This document shows, piece after piece, positions 47,189 through 59,282 of a DNA stretch of 64,000 nucleotides. The notes below the pieces were generated by a model that saw only the letters and a list, made by a program, of their open reading frames with translations, was not told the DNA's origin and searched no databases. This DNA is from Felis catus (lineage: Eukaryota): NCBI RefSeq assembly GCF_018350175.1, contig NC_058374.1, forward strand, positions 123,256,001-123,320,000, read 5' to 3'. The translations under genes were made by a program, and so were the position numbers. How positions within the stretch are numbered: position 1 is the stretch's first letter; every line of letters starts with the position of its first letter.

Positions 47189-47413
47189 GGGGTGCCGACA
47201 TGGCTCAGTTGGCTAAGCATCCAACTCTTGGTTTCAACTCTGGCCATGATTTCACGGTTCGTGAGCTCGAGCCCCTCATCAGGCTCTGCGCTGACAGTGC
47301 AGAGCCTGCTTGGGAGTCTCTCTCTCCCTCTCTCACTGCCCCTCCTCTGCTCTCTCTCTCTCTCTCTCAAATAAGTAAAATTAAAAAAAATAATAAAATT
47401 TTGAAAAAAAAGA
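47189..47413 (+). mobile_element. Can-SINE
   Basis: TSD atggaagcaaag. Confidence 0.95.
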
Positions 47414-47479
47414 ATGGAAGCAAAGCAAATTAATTGATATTCAAAATCTCTGATAGTTCAATTGCCCCACATATACTTT

Positions 47480-47692
47480 TTAAAAAAATTTTTTTAATGT
47501 TTATTTATTCTCGAGAGAGAGAGAGCATAAGTGGGGGAGAGGCAGAGCAAGAGAGGACACAGAATCCGAAGCAGGCTCCAGGCTCCGAGCTGTCAGCACA
47601 GAGCCCGACACGGGGCTCGAACTCACGGAGCTGTGGGATCATGACCTGAGCTGAAGTCAGGCGCTTAACTGCCTGAGCCATCCAGGCGACGC
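47480..47692 (-). mobile_element. Can-SINE
   Basis: TSD ccccacat(a/t)tacttt. Confidence 0.95.
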
Positions 47693-47971
47693 TCCCCACA
47701 TTTACTTTAAATTAATCATGACTTTTCTTAATGGGGACAGGATTTAGATCAAGACAGTGTCTTTTCTCCCTGGTGCAGCTCTTTGGTCTTTAAAGGTCTA
47801 TTCTATCTGGTGTGTCCATCTAGGACACATTTAATGTCCCTGATTATCAGTGTATTTAGGAGCACCACAAAAGCGTATGTACCTTGGCTAGGGCAGCAAG
47901 CCTTCTCCCCTGGAAGCCTCTCTTGACGACAGCTCTGCTCACATTAGAACTGTCTCTGCTCCTTTGGCCAG

Positions 47972-48052
47972 GGTTCCCGTTCGCTGTGACCCCAAGATGC
48001 TCGACAGGTCGTATGCAAATCCTCAGGATTCCAAAGGATACGTTTCCACATG
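47972..48052 (+). other. Candidate 81-bp exon (unverified)
   Basis: Acceptor ctgtctctgctcctttggccag, donor ATG/gtaagc, 5 CpGs, two open frames. Confidence 0.25.
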
Positions 48053-48484
48053 GTAAGCTTCTTTTGATTTCCTTAGAGCCTCATTATAGAGTGTGAAGGA
48101 AGGGGGGAAGAAAGTCACTTCTACTGAGTTTCTATGCTAAGTTATTGATAAGAGGTGGGTTTGTGGTGGTATCAGTCTGTCTGGGTGTGATGGGAAAGTC
48201 ATCAACATCAACAAAGGAGGTTGAGAAGAACACAGTGAGGTCCTTGGCATCACACAGTCTCTGAGCACAAGCAGCCTCCAAAGCCCCTGTAGATGCCTGG
48301 GTAACATTACCACTACACATGTCAGAGCCATAAAGTAGCCCTGACTTCAGACCTTTTGAGAGCTATTTTGGGCAACACGGCATCTGGAAGGCAGGCACTT
48401 CCAAGTGACTCACCTCAGACTCAAATCAAAGGGCCATAGTTGTTTACGGTCATATACAGCATAAGATTACACTGCTGGTTCTTT

Positions 48485-48707
48485 TTTTTTTAAATTTTTT
48501 TTCAACGTTTTTATTTATTTTTGGGACAGAGAGAGACAGAGCATGAACAGGGGAGGGGCAGAGAGAGAGGGAGACACAGAATTGGAAACAGGCTCCAGGC
48601 TCTGAGCCATCAGCCCAGAGCCTGACGCGGGGCTCGAACTCACGGACCGCGAGATCGTGACCTGGCTGAAGTCGGATGCTTAACCGACTGCGCCACCCAG
48701 GCGCCCC
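48485..48707 (-). mobile_element. Young felid SINE (SINEC_Fc-type)
   Basis: Perfect 17-bp TSD tacactgctggttcttt. Confidence 0.97.
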
Positions 48708-49519
48708 TACACTGCTGGTTCTTTATTGGTCTTCATACCTATACATCCTACGTCATTACTATGTAAGATTATCTTCAGATATTTGGGATATTGATACAGG
48801 TGCATAGTAGATGTAGATATTTGGGATCAGGGCCAGGAATACGTGCTGGTAAACCGGGCTTTCCTCTACGAGGCTCATGAAAATAATCCTCTCCTCTCCT
48901 AAATTCTTTCTTCATTCTCAAATGTCATGGTGATTTGGACTCTACCACTCTTTCATATTCTGTCTTTTGGTCCTTAAAACCTTGGGGGGAACGGCTACAG
49001 ACTGCAAGTATTCACCGGAAGTTAGTAGCAATCTAGATCAGAAAATGGTACCTTCTAAAAAATTCAGAGAAAATGTAGCTATGACCCCGTCCCCCCAAAC
49101 CAGAAACTCCAATCTAGAAAATAATCCAAGACCCATAGAGTACTCTGAAAAATCCTAAGAGGCCGGCAATTAAATCACCTATGATATCAATCCCGGAAGA
49201 AGACAGGGATGTACCCACATTACCAGCAAAACCGTGCAGAGGACTCTCTATGACCTCAGTCTGGTGCAAGCACAACAATGTTCCCTATCTGTAAGTGCAG
49301 AGGCCACCAACATCAAGAACACAAAAAATTGTAGATTTTTTAAAAAAGAAAATTATATGAGAGGTTAAAGATTAAAAAGAGATGGACCCACTGCTTGGTA
49401 TCATGCTACCAAAGACAGAGAAAGCTGAGTACCTCTTTCACTTGTTTCTGTTTCTTGTATCAGGAAGTTTGGTTTTTGTACTGGAAGCGGGAGGGCAGTG
49501 ACTAATTACCAGGCGACTG

Positions 49520-51910
49520 ACCGCTGATAAGGACCTCTGGGTTGAATGGCAATGTGTTCACAAGCGATCATTTCCATCTTTCCCAACTCCCATTAAAACC
49601 GCCTTCACAATATAGAAATGAAGGTGGGAGAGACTTGAAACCTCATGAAAAGTAAAGAAGAATGTCTTTGCGATGCCAGAAACATTGGCAGATTTCTGCC
49701 AGGAATGGGGGAAGAGAGACCATGTTGGACTGAGACATTATCGACTCCCAGTGCTTCAGCCTAAGAACAAACAGGAGATGGAGAGCACACAGTCTGGCCC
49801 CTCTTCACCGCACTGAGCTCTTGTGGAAGCAGCTTGTAACTCTGGGCCACTGTCAGAGTTCATGTGTGATGAAGGCGGAGACAGTGACTATAGCATGGCA
49901 GGAGCTGTTTCTTGGTTAGACTGACAACACAAGGAAGAGGTCTTGTGGAAGATACAGGCCACACAGCCGCCTGTATCTGCCCCAGGAAACTGGGTTAAAA
50001 AATAAAAAAGACAGGTGCTATTAGGACAAACCGCCTAGAGATAGTGGATTTATTGAAAGCAGGAAAGAAATGGTGCCAGTACGGTCCCCTGTAGGGAAGG
50101 GCCACAGCTCTGGCCTTTTCCATGTCATCTCAATGGTTAAATACCCACTCTTGATTCTAAAACAATTGAGAAACACCCATTATAACTAGGAATGAGTAAT
50201 TTCTTAAGAGAATAAAGTTCTCTATCTGAAGGATCACCATAATCATACCTAGTGGTGAAATGTTAGTTTCAGATCTGTTAACATCAGGGACAAGATAAGA
50301 TACCCGTTATGAGAGCATTATCAAAATGTTTCTGGAAGCCATAATAAATATAATGGTTCAAGAATGGGAAGAGAGGTTAAATAATAGAAAGGAAGATGTA
50401 AGCCTATAGCTACTTGTAGATGTGATGGAAAACGTCATGGCGTTATCTGAAAAAAGAGAGAGAAAGGGCCAAGAAGGGTGCTCACAGGTATCATCCCCGC
50501 TTAGTTTCCCACATGACGGTTAAGTTTCTTTCCCAGAAATAAGAGTCTATTGACAAGAACTACAAAATATGAAATAGCTGAAAGTAAAACTATAGGAATT
50601 TTTTTATCTATAAAAATATACTGTTAAACTTACCAAAGGACTTACAAGGAGACATAAACACATAGGAAGGGTGTACGATATTCCTCCTCTAAAAATGATA
50701 AAATGTCAATTTTCCCAAAATTAATGTTAAAGTATTAGTTTGAAATATATAAAGTTGTCTATAGTCTATCATTTTTTAAGTGTATTTATTTATTTTGAGA
50801 GAAAGAGAGAGAGCAGGTGGGTATGCGCACATGAGCAGGGGTGGGGCAAAGAGAGAGAGGGAGAGAGAGGACCCCAAGCAGAAGTGCCAACAGCACAGAG
50901 CCCAATGCGGGGCTCAAACTCATGAACTGTGAGATCATGACCTGAGCCAAAATCGGGAGTTGGACACTTAACCGACTGAGCCAGCCAGGTGCCCCTCTGT
51001 GAGTTTTTTAATTTAAAAAGACTATCATTCCAATAAAATTCCCCATGGGACTACTTATAAATTTTATGAATAATGTTAAAGAATTTTGAAATGACTTTAA
51101 GAATTTTTAACAATTCTGGTGCAATCACAAAAATTATAACTAAAGTTAAAAGACAAATGACAAACTGGAAAATTATTTGTTGCATATAAGAATTTGTTGC
51201 ATATAAGAATAAGGATCATTCCATATACCATATGAAGAATTCTTATAAATCAACTCTTAAAAAAGAAAACATCCAGATAAAAATTAGCAAAGGACACAGA
51301 ATACAATGCTAAAATCAAGAAATGCTAGTAGGTAAAATATGCAAACAGATGTTCAATTTCACTAATAATCAAAAAATTCAAATTAGCCATGGGATACTAC
51401 TCATTTTACCTGTCACACTGGCAGAGATTTAAAATATTCTTAATACCAACTGTTGATGACACGAGAAATAAGAACTCTCATACAGTGCTGAGAGAAGAAT
51501 TACTTAATTACTTGATTACTTTCTGGAGAAAGATTAACAAAATCTACAAAGGTCATCAGCCTAAAAACTTCTCAGAGTTTATCAGGAAAAAAAAATCTTC
51601 CTCTACTAATATCTATGAATAGGAATTTTCACTGCAGTACTTCTTATGCTGAGAAAACATTTGGTAATCACTTTAATGAGCAAAACTAGGGTTATGGTTT
51701 GGCAAATATCATATAGGAATAAAATACAGTATCCTGCCATACTTGACATAAAATGCAACATTTTTGCAAAAAAGCATATGTATTATAATTGAAATATTCT
51801 TACCCAAACAAGAACAAATGGTTAGAAAACAATGTGCATAACATAATCCAATTTTGATATACTGAAGCATATCATTTGCACAGAGAAATGCTGAGAATTA
51901 AACTGTCAGT
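49520..51910 (+). mobile_element. Ancient L1/HAL1-like remnants (5' region and ORF2 3' region)
   Basis: A-rich strand; taaaagacaaatgacaaactggaaaattatttg and ttcactaataatcaaaaaattcaaatt resemble old L1 ORF2. The 5' assignment is weaker. Confidence 0.55.
50772..50995 (-). mobile_element. Can-SINE (older)
   Basis: Antisense SINE ending ccagccaggtgcccc. Confidence 0.92.
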
Positions 51911-51914
51911 GTAC

Positions 51915-51926
51915 ATGTGTGTGTAC

Positions 51927-51962
<36 letters not shown>
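51915..51962. repeat. (TG)n microsatellite
   Basis: Seen directly. Confidence 0.95.
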
Positions 51963-51964
<2 letters not shown>

Positions 51965-52004
51965 AGAAAGAGAGACAAAGACAGAGAGAAAGACGGAACT
52001 CTCA

Positions 52005-52208
52005 TAGGAGTAACCTTGCCTCTTCACCAGGAGTCATTTGGTCAATTGAAGATATTTTCTGTTTATCACAACTGGATAGGGGAAACATACCAACATCTAG
52101 CGGGTCAGGCCAAGAATGCTACTAAGAATCCTAAAATGTACAGGGCAGTCCCCATCTCAACCAAGAATTACCTGGCCAAATGTCAAGAGCCAAAGTTAAG
52201 AAACCCTG
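52005..52208 (+). mobile_element. MER20 hAT-Charlie MITE
   Basis: tcacaactgga...catctagcgggtcaggcc...aagttaagaaaccctg. Confidence 0.75.
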
Positions 52209-53049
52209 ATATACATGCAGTTATATTTCTGTGCCTAGTACTTGTGGGAATATTCTTTGCTTGGGTTTTTGTTTTTGTTTTGTTGTATTTTTGTTTTCTG
52301 CTGCTTTATCTTCTTCTGTTGCTTAAATGTTTTTGGCAAAGAAGCTCGATTATTTTTAGAGTCAGAAAAATCATAAAATAATATCCAATTTGGGGGAGGG
52401 AGAGGTGCCTTTACAGTGTCACTTTCTGCTTGCCTCTTATTCATTAACCTTCATCTCCCTTCTCTGAACTACTATCGTACTTCCAGTGGGTATCAGAGCA
52501 CTTAGGACAATTATAGCCCATTTGGTGTTATTCTGGTATAGTTTTCTGTCTGTCTCAACTGTCTAGCTAAATTATAAACCCTTTGAGGTCCGGAACCATG
52601 AACAACTTTCAAAGGGGAATCGCGTTCCCATTTCTCACATGTTCCCAAACCTGACATGTGAGAAGTGCTTGGCACCGGGTTGGGAAAGCCAGGAAGAGAG
52701 GAAGGAAAGAGGGAGGAGAGAAGGGAAGAGAGGAAGGGAGGAATATAACAGAAAAGCTGCTGACTTTGTAAATCTTCAGTTTCCACAGTTCCTCCTACCC
52801 CGAAATCTGGCACAGGGCAGCCCGGAGAGCAGGCAGCATAGTATACAATGAGAGCCACATGGGATGGAAGAAAGAGCACCGGTTTGGGGGGTTAGAGAGA
52901 TGGGCTCAAATTTTGATCTTGCAACCCGCTATTTTTATTTATTGTTGTTGCTGTTTTTACATAACAAACACACAGTGCTTTCCATTTGGCAAGCACTGTT
53001 CCAAACTTTTTGCAAATATTTACCGTGTCATCTTCTACAGACGCGTTAA

Positions 53050-53200
53050 TCTTTTAGAGCCCTGATCCTTCATCTGTGAAATGGGAACAACGGTACCCTC
53101 CACAGTTGCTGTGACGTGTAAATATGATCATGTATGACGAGTGCTATGGACAGGGCACGATGTGCGGTAGGCACTCAGTAAATAGAATTATTATCATCTC
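53050..53200 (+). mobile_element. MIR
   Basis: ttcatctgtgaaatggg...gtaggcactcagtaaatag. Confidence 0.7.
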
Positions 53201-53559
53201 ATTGGCACCATCATTATCCTTGTCATCCTGGTCATCCAATGAAGTTTTTGCAGGTGATTAGTTATTAATGAGCCTAGGGGGCTGTGAGATTTAATATATA
53301 TCTTGAAACTATTTCTACAAATTAATTACTGGCTTGCTAGAGGGGAGCATAGCACTTTACACGCTCTTGAGGAAAGAAACTTCAACTTTCTCTTGGGATG
53401 TCACCCTAGCTGGCTGACTGCACAGTCTGAGGGGTGATATGCAGGTGATATGGGGAAGGCCCAGTAAGTGGGGCGGCTTTCCCATACATTAGTCAACGGT
53501 GTTCTTAACAGTCTGCCTCAACCACTCTATGATCCTTGACAGACACAGGGGCTGCATGC

Positions 53560-53720
53560 TGTATGCTTGAAAGCTGTACTTCAAGACCTACATCAGAGTC
53601 ATGGACCAGAGGGCAAGAACATGGAGAGAGAGAAAATGCTGATTCAGGGCTTAGAAAAATACTTGGACTACAGGAAACGAAACCGTGAACAGATACGGCA
53701 AGAAAAACTATTGATTGTCC
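53560..53720 (+). mobile_element. Possible CR1/L3 LINE fossil
   Basis: Peptide KMLIQGLEKYLDYRKRNRE loosely resembles the CR1 ORF2 C-terminal motif KMIRGLEHLSYEERLRE. Confidence 0.35.
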
Positions 53721-54559
53721 AAACTTTGCACATGATTCCAGTACGTTACGATACACGGAATGGAGTGGCATTGGGGTGTGTTGACCCTGGACCTTGACCA
53801 GAGCTGAATCAGGTGGCATCAAAGACTAGAAGGTTGATAGGAGAAATCAACTGGATGGGGTGAGGTTTCTTTGGACACAGTTCATTGGTTTATTCCATTT
53901 GCCTCTCCCACTTTTTCCAATCAATAAATCAATCAACCAAAGTATTTCTTTAGCAACTACTACGTATCAGACCCATCTTAAGTGATTACTGGTTTTGCTG
54001 CTTTTGATAATGTCTCTTAGAGTCCAAGTCCCCCTCAACCCAAGCCCTTTTTAAATCCCCTTTCTTGCCTATTATGGTGTGTTTTTCTCTACCCACACCT
54101 TCCTAAAGAACACTGGAGGGCATTCCAGCGTGGTCTGCATTATCCACCATACTCCAGAAAGCTGAATGAGTTTTGTCTTTTAATCCTGCACTACACCCTC
54201 CAACACCTTCCAACCCACTTTGCCCCAAATGTCTTCTTGGCCCAAAGCTGGGGGACATAGGCTACCACCTACCGCTGCCTGGCACAGCCTCCGTGTTACG
54301 TGTGGACTTCTCCCTGTCTTGCCCACTTCTCATCCCTAGTGCCTGTGCAAACCCCCAAACGCTGAGGATGTTAACTAACCAGATTCCTGAACGTTCTCCC
54401 CATCCCTTTCCCTTGGGAGAAGTGCCAATTCCATGGAGATTTGCATCAATCATTCCTGGAAACACGTAAGTACTTCACATTTTAAAATTTCTTCCTCCAG
54501 ATACAGAAAACATAGTTAACACTTCCTCCAAGTCAACCTTGGAGTCTAGCCCTTTAAGT

Positions 54560-54900
54560 GTTACTTCTCATCTGATTCACAAAACTCTTTGATAATTATT
54601 ATTGTGTTCAGTTTCCAGATTGGAGAGCTGAGATGAAATGAGGTAAAGTCACTTCCCCAAGGTCATGTAGTTACAGGTGCTGAAGCAGAGATCCTAAACC
54701 AAGTTCATCCACCTTCAGTCAACATTCTCAAATTCCACACTGGGGTGGCTCGACTGAGGATTTATCTCTAATCATCGTCCTAATAAAAAGAAAAAAAAAA
54801 CTTACATTGTGGTTTTCAAAGACATTTTACTGATCTACCTCATTTAATCCTCACTAGAGCCCTATGGGTTGGAAGAGGACACCGAGGCTGACAGAGAAGA
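54560..54900 (-). mobile_element. MIR fragments
   Basis: gaggtaaagtcacttccccaaggtcatgtag and catttaatcctcactagagccctatggg. Confidence 0.65.
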
Positions 54901-54911
54901 CCGGGATTACA

Positions 54912-55300
54912 TTTGCAGGTTGGGTCTTTCAGGGAGCAGACTCGGAGGTGGGACTTGGGGCTTAGGTCATTTCTTGGGGAGAGGGTTGCAGGAAGGAAAC
55001 TCAAGGAAACTCAAGGAAAGAGGAAAGAGGCAATGGAAGTGAGGTAGGCAGAGGCAGAAGTCAAGCTCAGTGCAGACTCAGTAACACCCTCAGCCAAGGA
55101 TGGAGAGCTCTGGAGATAAAATGGCCTTAGGCAGGGGTGAGGGGACAGGGACTAATTATCTTACGGTGATCGGTCACTGGATATAGATTGCTCTTAGAAG
55201 TTTGCATGGCCTTATGCCAGGTAGCTCTTTGCAGCCACCACAATCCCCGACAGCTGAGGGGAACACCGGATTTTGCCTCACAGCTGCCAACTGGTCAGTG
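54912..55300 (-). mobile_element. ERVL LTR (LTR16-like)
   Basis: tgcaggttgggtctttcagggagcagactcggaggtgg resembles the antisense LTR16 3' end. Confidence 0.7.
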
Positions 55301-56347
55301 ATAGAGCCAGAATGAGGATCTTGTCCTCAGACACCCACAGGGACACCCTTGTACTTCTCTAGAGAGTCTGCCACATTGCCTTCCAAGCATTGGCGGTTCT
55401 TGGTTGCTTTGGAAGCTAAGTCAGAATCCAATACTTTGTTTTGACCATCCTGATACTGATAGCTGCCTCCACGGGTACCCAGAGTGAATGCTGGTGAGCC
55501 TGTTAGTGGGACTTACGGGGGCAGCATATAGCAGAGTCATTGCATTCGATCTATTATTACAGGACAATAAACGTCCCTGAATTAGAAATCATTGCGAGGC
55601 ATTTGTAAACGATTTGGTGTCCTTGAAAAGTCACATAGAAAGAGAAGGATTTTGAAATCTTTGGGAATACACACAAAATTCGATGCAGGAGTATGACCAG
55701 TCCTGACTTTTAATTTGTTAAAAGTTATATATTTACTATTTCTTCTAATCAAAGTCACTTTAAAGCACATACTTTTTCAGCCCCAAACTGCATTCTAATC
55801 CAAAAGTTGCAATCTGGAAAGTTTCCATTTTCATATACTTTCATTTGGTAGAGGTGGTCAGATTTTTTCTGTAATGACTTTAATCACATCATCTGTGGTT
55901 TAGTTAGCGCCTCATATTACTTCGGATTTCCAAGATCTCTTGTAGGATCTATACTATCTTTGCTCATTCTTATCTTGTTTTCTCAGAAGAAATCTAAGAA
56001 ATTCAATACAGAAGGACTGCCCTCTAAAGACTTTTAACATTCAGCACCCTTTTCCAAGCATGTGGATGATATATAAATTTCTCTCATATTTTCAAACAAT
56101 ATTATTCAACGAGTTACAAGTATAACTTTTGAATTTACCATTTATTGTTTCAGGTTAAAAACTAACTTCATCTTTTTCTAGATGGTGGCTTAAACACACA
56201 GAGGATCATCCCTGTTCTGCTTCTATACTCATAGAAATGATAGAGTGTAGTATTTAAGAAATATTAATATACATGTAGCTGAGCTCAAAAACGGGAGCAA
56301 AAAAAGGAGATTTCCAGGGGCCAAAAAAAATATGATGTGTATGTTTC

Positions 56348-56411
56348 AAGAAAGAAAGGAAGAAAGAAAGGATGGAAGGAAGGAAGGAAGGAAGGAAGGA
56401 AGGAAGGAAGA
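56348..56411. repeat. (GAAA)/(GGAA)n purine microsatellite with 9 perfect GGAA units
   Basis: Seen directly; perfect units at 56374-56409. Confidence 0.95.
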
Positions 56412-56413
56412 GA

Positions 56414-56625
56414 GGGGCTTGGCTGGCTCAGTCCATTTGAGCATCCAGCTCTTGATTTTGGATCAGGTCATTATCCCAGGGTCATGAGATCGAGCCCCAC
56501 ATAGGGCTCTGTGCTGAGCATGGAGTTTGCTTAAGTTCTCTCTCTCTCTCTCTCTCTCTCTGTCTGCCCTTTTCCCCTGCTCACGTGTTCTCTCTCTCTT
56601 TCAAAAAAATATTGTTAAATAAAAA
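56414..56625 (+). mobile_element. Can-SINE (older) embedded in purine repeats
   Basis: SINE head, (CT)n and tail. Confidence 0.9.
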
Positions 56626-58439
56626 AGAAAGAAAAGGAAAGGAGAGGAGAGGAAAACAAGAAAAGAAAAAAGTGACATACAGAGCAGTCAGAGATGAATT
56701 TGGGCTGATTTTGAGGGGCAGAGAGGGCCAGACATGGAACTGGGGCCATGCTGCAGGGGCTCAGGTACTGAATCTGTAAAGTTTTATCTGTAACAGTCTA
56801 ATCTTTAAAGATATATATTATATGCAATTAAAGAAAAAAATGCAAATATAGAGTAAAAAAAAAAAAAAGTCAGGAAGCAAACGTGCCCCAAGTGTTGTAT
56901 AATGGTGGGACTATGAAAAACAGCTATTTTCTCCTTTGCCCATTTCCATACTTTTAAATAACTACCCCTCCGTCTCCTCTCACTGCTCACATGGCCCTCT
57001 TCCTACCCTGAAATCATCGCCAAAGTGGAAGGAACCTGAGCTCTAGCCCAACCTCTGCGAGGCCAACATACTAAAGGCCGGGGCTCTGGGAGGTGACTGG
57101 AGGCCAGAAATGGCTTCTGCCGGTTGTCAGCGGAGCTGCCATCGGGAAGATCGGGATGGCTCCTCTGTCCCCTTCCCCCTGGTATTCTTACACAACAATA
57201 CAAACATTTTATCATTAAAAGCTAAAAACCTGCTGGCTTCTGTGTTTGAGTCATTTCATTGTTTTGACGCCTTGCGGCAGGGCAGCGATGAATGGGAGCC
57301 AGGCTGACCTAATCTAGTCTAAATATTCAGAACGCTAGAAGGGAATCCTGTACAGCAGAATGCCAACCTACATCTTTTAATTGCCTCGGCTCCTGATAGA
57401 TTGGCTCTTACCCCCTTTGAATTCCTTTGTTGCAGAGGAGTTAAAATTCATGAGCGCCCCACGCCTGGGAAAATTTACTCCAGTGCTGCGATTTTTCTGA
57501 GCCAAGCCGGCCAACATCGCAAAGAGCCGGAGGTCTGTCAGGCCATCTGTTACATAATAGTCAACAATCTCAAAAATCTAGGGAAACAGGGGATGGGGAG
57601 AGCGAAGATGATGAGGCATTTAAACAGAACAGATTGCTGCCTTACTTACAGGGAAAAAAAGGGAGAGATAATATGCTTTGATTGAAGCGGAGACAAGCTT
57701 TATTAGCATAGGGAACAAAACAAACTTAAAAAAATGGCGCCAATAAAGCTGACAGTCTAAAGAGTCCTGGTGACAAACCCCATGTTGAATTGTAGGTCAC
57801 GGGGGCCCCAAAGGCGACGGGGAGACACGCACACACAAACAACACACAATGTATGCGCGGGCACACAGAGGCGCAAACTTGCTGTTGGATTCAAACGCTA
57901 AATATAAGCCTATACTTGAATTTCAAAAGCTTACATGCCTGGGAAAGGCATTTGGCCTTCACCACCTCCCAAGCGAACCACCTTCGTTACTATGGGGTAA
58001 GAGAAGAGTCAGAACCCACTTGGACCATCGCAAACAAACCAGGGCCTCCCATTTGATCAGGACTAGACTCTTCAGTTGCCTGAGTAGCTGCCTGAAAACT
58101 CCGTGATCTCTACCAGGCCAAGGCAGGTCTCAGCAGTGACCTGGATCATTCCACCTGAGAAATACTGTTTCTAAAGGGGAAGAATGAAACAAGGTGACAA
58201 AGAGTAAGGAAAACGTAGATGAGGACAACCGGGGAAAGAAAAATAGCAAAAGAGACAAAGGAAAATCTGGAAAAGGTGTGATGTCAGTAGAGAGCCCTAA
58301 GATAGAAGACAAAAATAAAGTACGTTAAAAACCAACTAATTCACGACAAAAATTGAACTCTAGTGTAATAGCCTGAAGTGTTTCGGGGGGGGAGGGGAAG
58401 GGGGGTCCACTGATGTCCCCATCTTGCCTTGAAAGGCAT

Positions 58440-58860
58440 CCAAAAATAAAACGGATTGGTGGATAGAAGGATGGGTGAACGGGGCGCCTGGGTGGTGCAG
58501 TCGGTTAAGCGTCCGACTTCAGCCAGGTCACGATCTCGCGGTCTGTGAGTTCGAGCCCCGCGACAGGCTCTGGGCTTATGGCTCGGAGCCTGGAGCCTGT
58601 TTCTGATTCTGTGTCTCCCTCTCTCTCTGCCCCTCCCCCGTTCATGCTCTGTCTCTCCCTGTCCCAAAAATAAATAAACGTTGAAAAAAAAAAAAATTAA
58701 AAAAAAAAAAAAAAAAAAGAAGGATGGGTGAATGGATCTTTTTATCATAAAACAAATATAGAGAGATGTTAATTGTAGAATCTGGGTGGTGGGCATATGG
58801 ATATGCATTGTGCAATCCTTGTCCGAGTTTGAAAATGTCCACAGCAAAGTGTTCCAAAAA
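58440..58860 (+). mobile_element. Old L1 3'UTR fragment interrupted by a SINE
   Basis: aatgttaattgtagaatctgggtggtgggcatatgg-like L1MC/ME 3' end. Confidence 0.6.
58481..58717 (+). mobile_element. Young felid SINE (SINEC_Fc-type) with a long A-tail
   Basis: Perfect 15-bp TSD agaaggatgggtgaa. Confidence 0.97.
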
Positions 58861-59261
58861 ACCCAAACGAATATGCGATTCCAAAAATTAAAATGAAATG
58901 AACACTGAAATTAAAATCCTAGATATTTAAAAATGTCCAATTAATCATCTCTTTAATTACCATTTTTCTCTGATCGGGCATTGTTTCCAAATATGTCACT
59001 TGAGGTAGATATGGAAGAAATGGATTAAAGTACGTGATTGCCAAGTTGGAGTGGCCAGTTCTGTGGCTCTTCCAACTCCAACATTATTATTTCCTTGTTG
59101 TTTGCAGTAAACTAAAATTAATGAGTGGGGAAAAGTCAGAATTTGGTACAAAAAGAAGTAGATTTTACTCTGGCTTTCTCAGAAATGGACTTTCCTTGAA
59201 ATGAACAGTACACATCCTTCATTCCTCCTCACCAGCTTCTTCTCCTGACAGATAATCACTT

Positions 59262-59282
59262 CAACAACAACAACAACAACAA
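59262..59282. repeat. (CAA)n microsatellite
   Basis: Seen directly. Confidence 0.9.
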
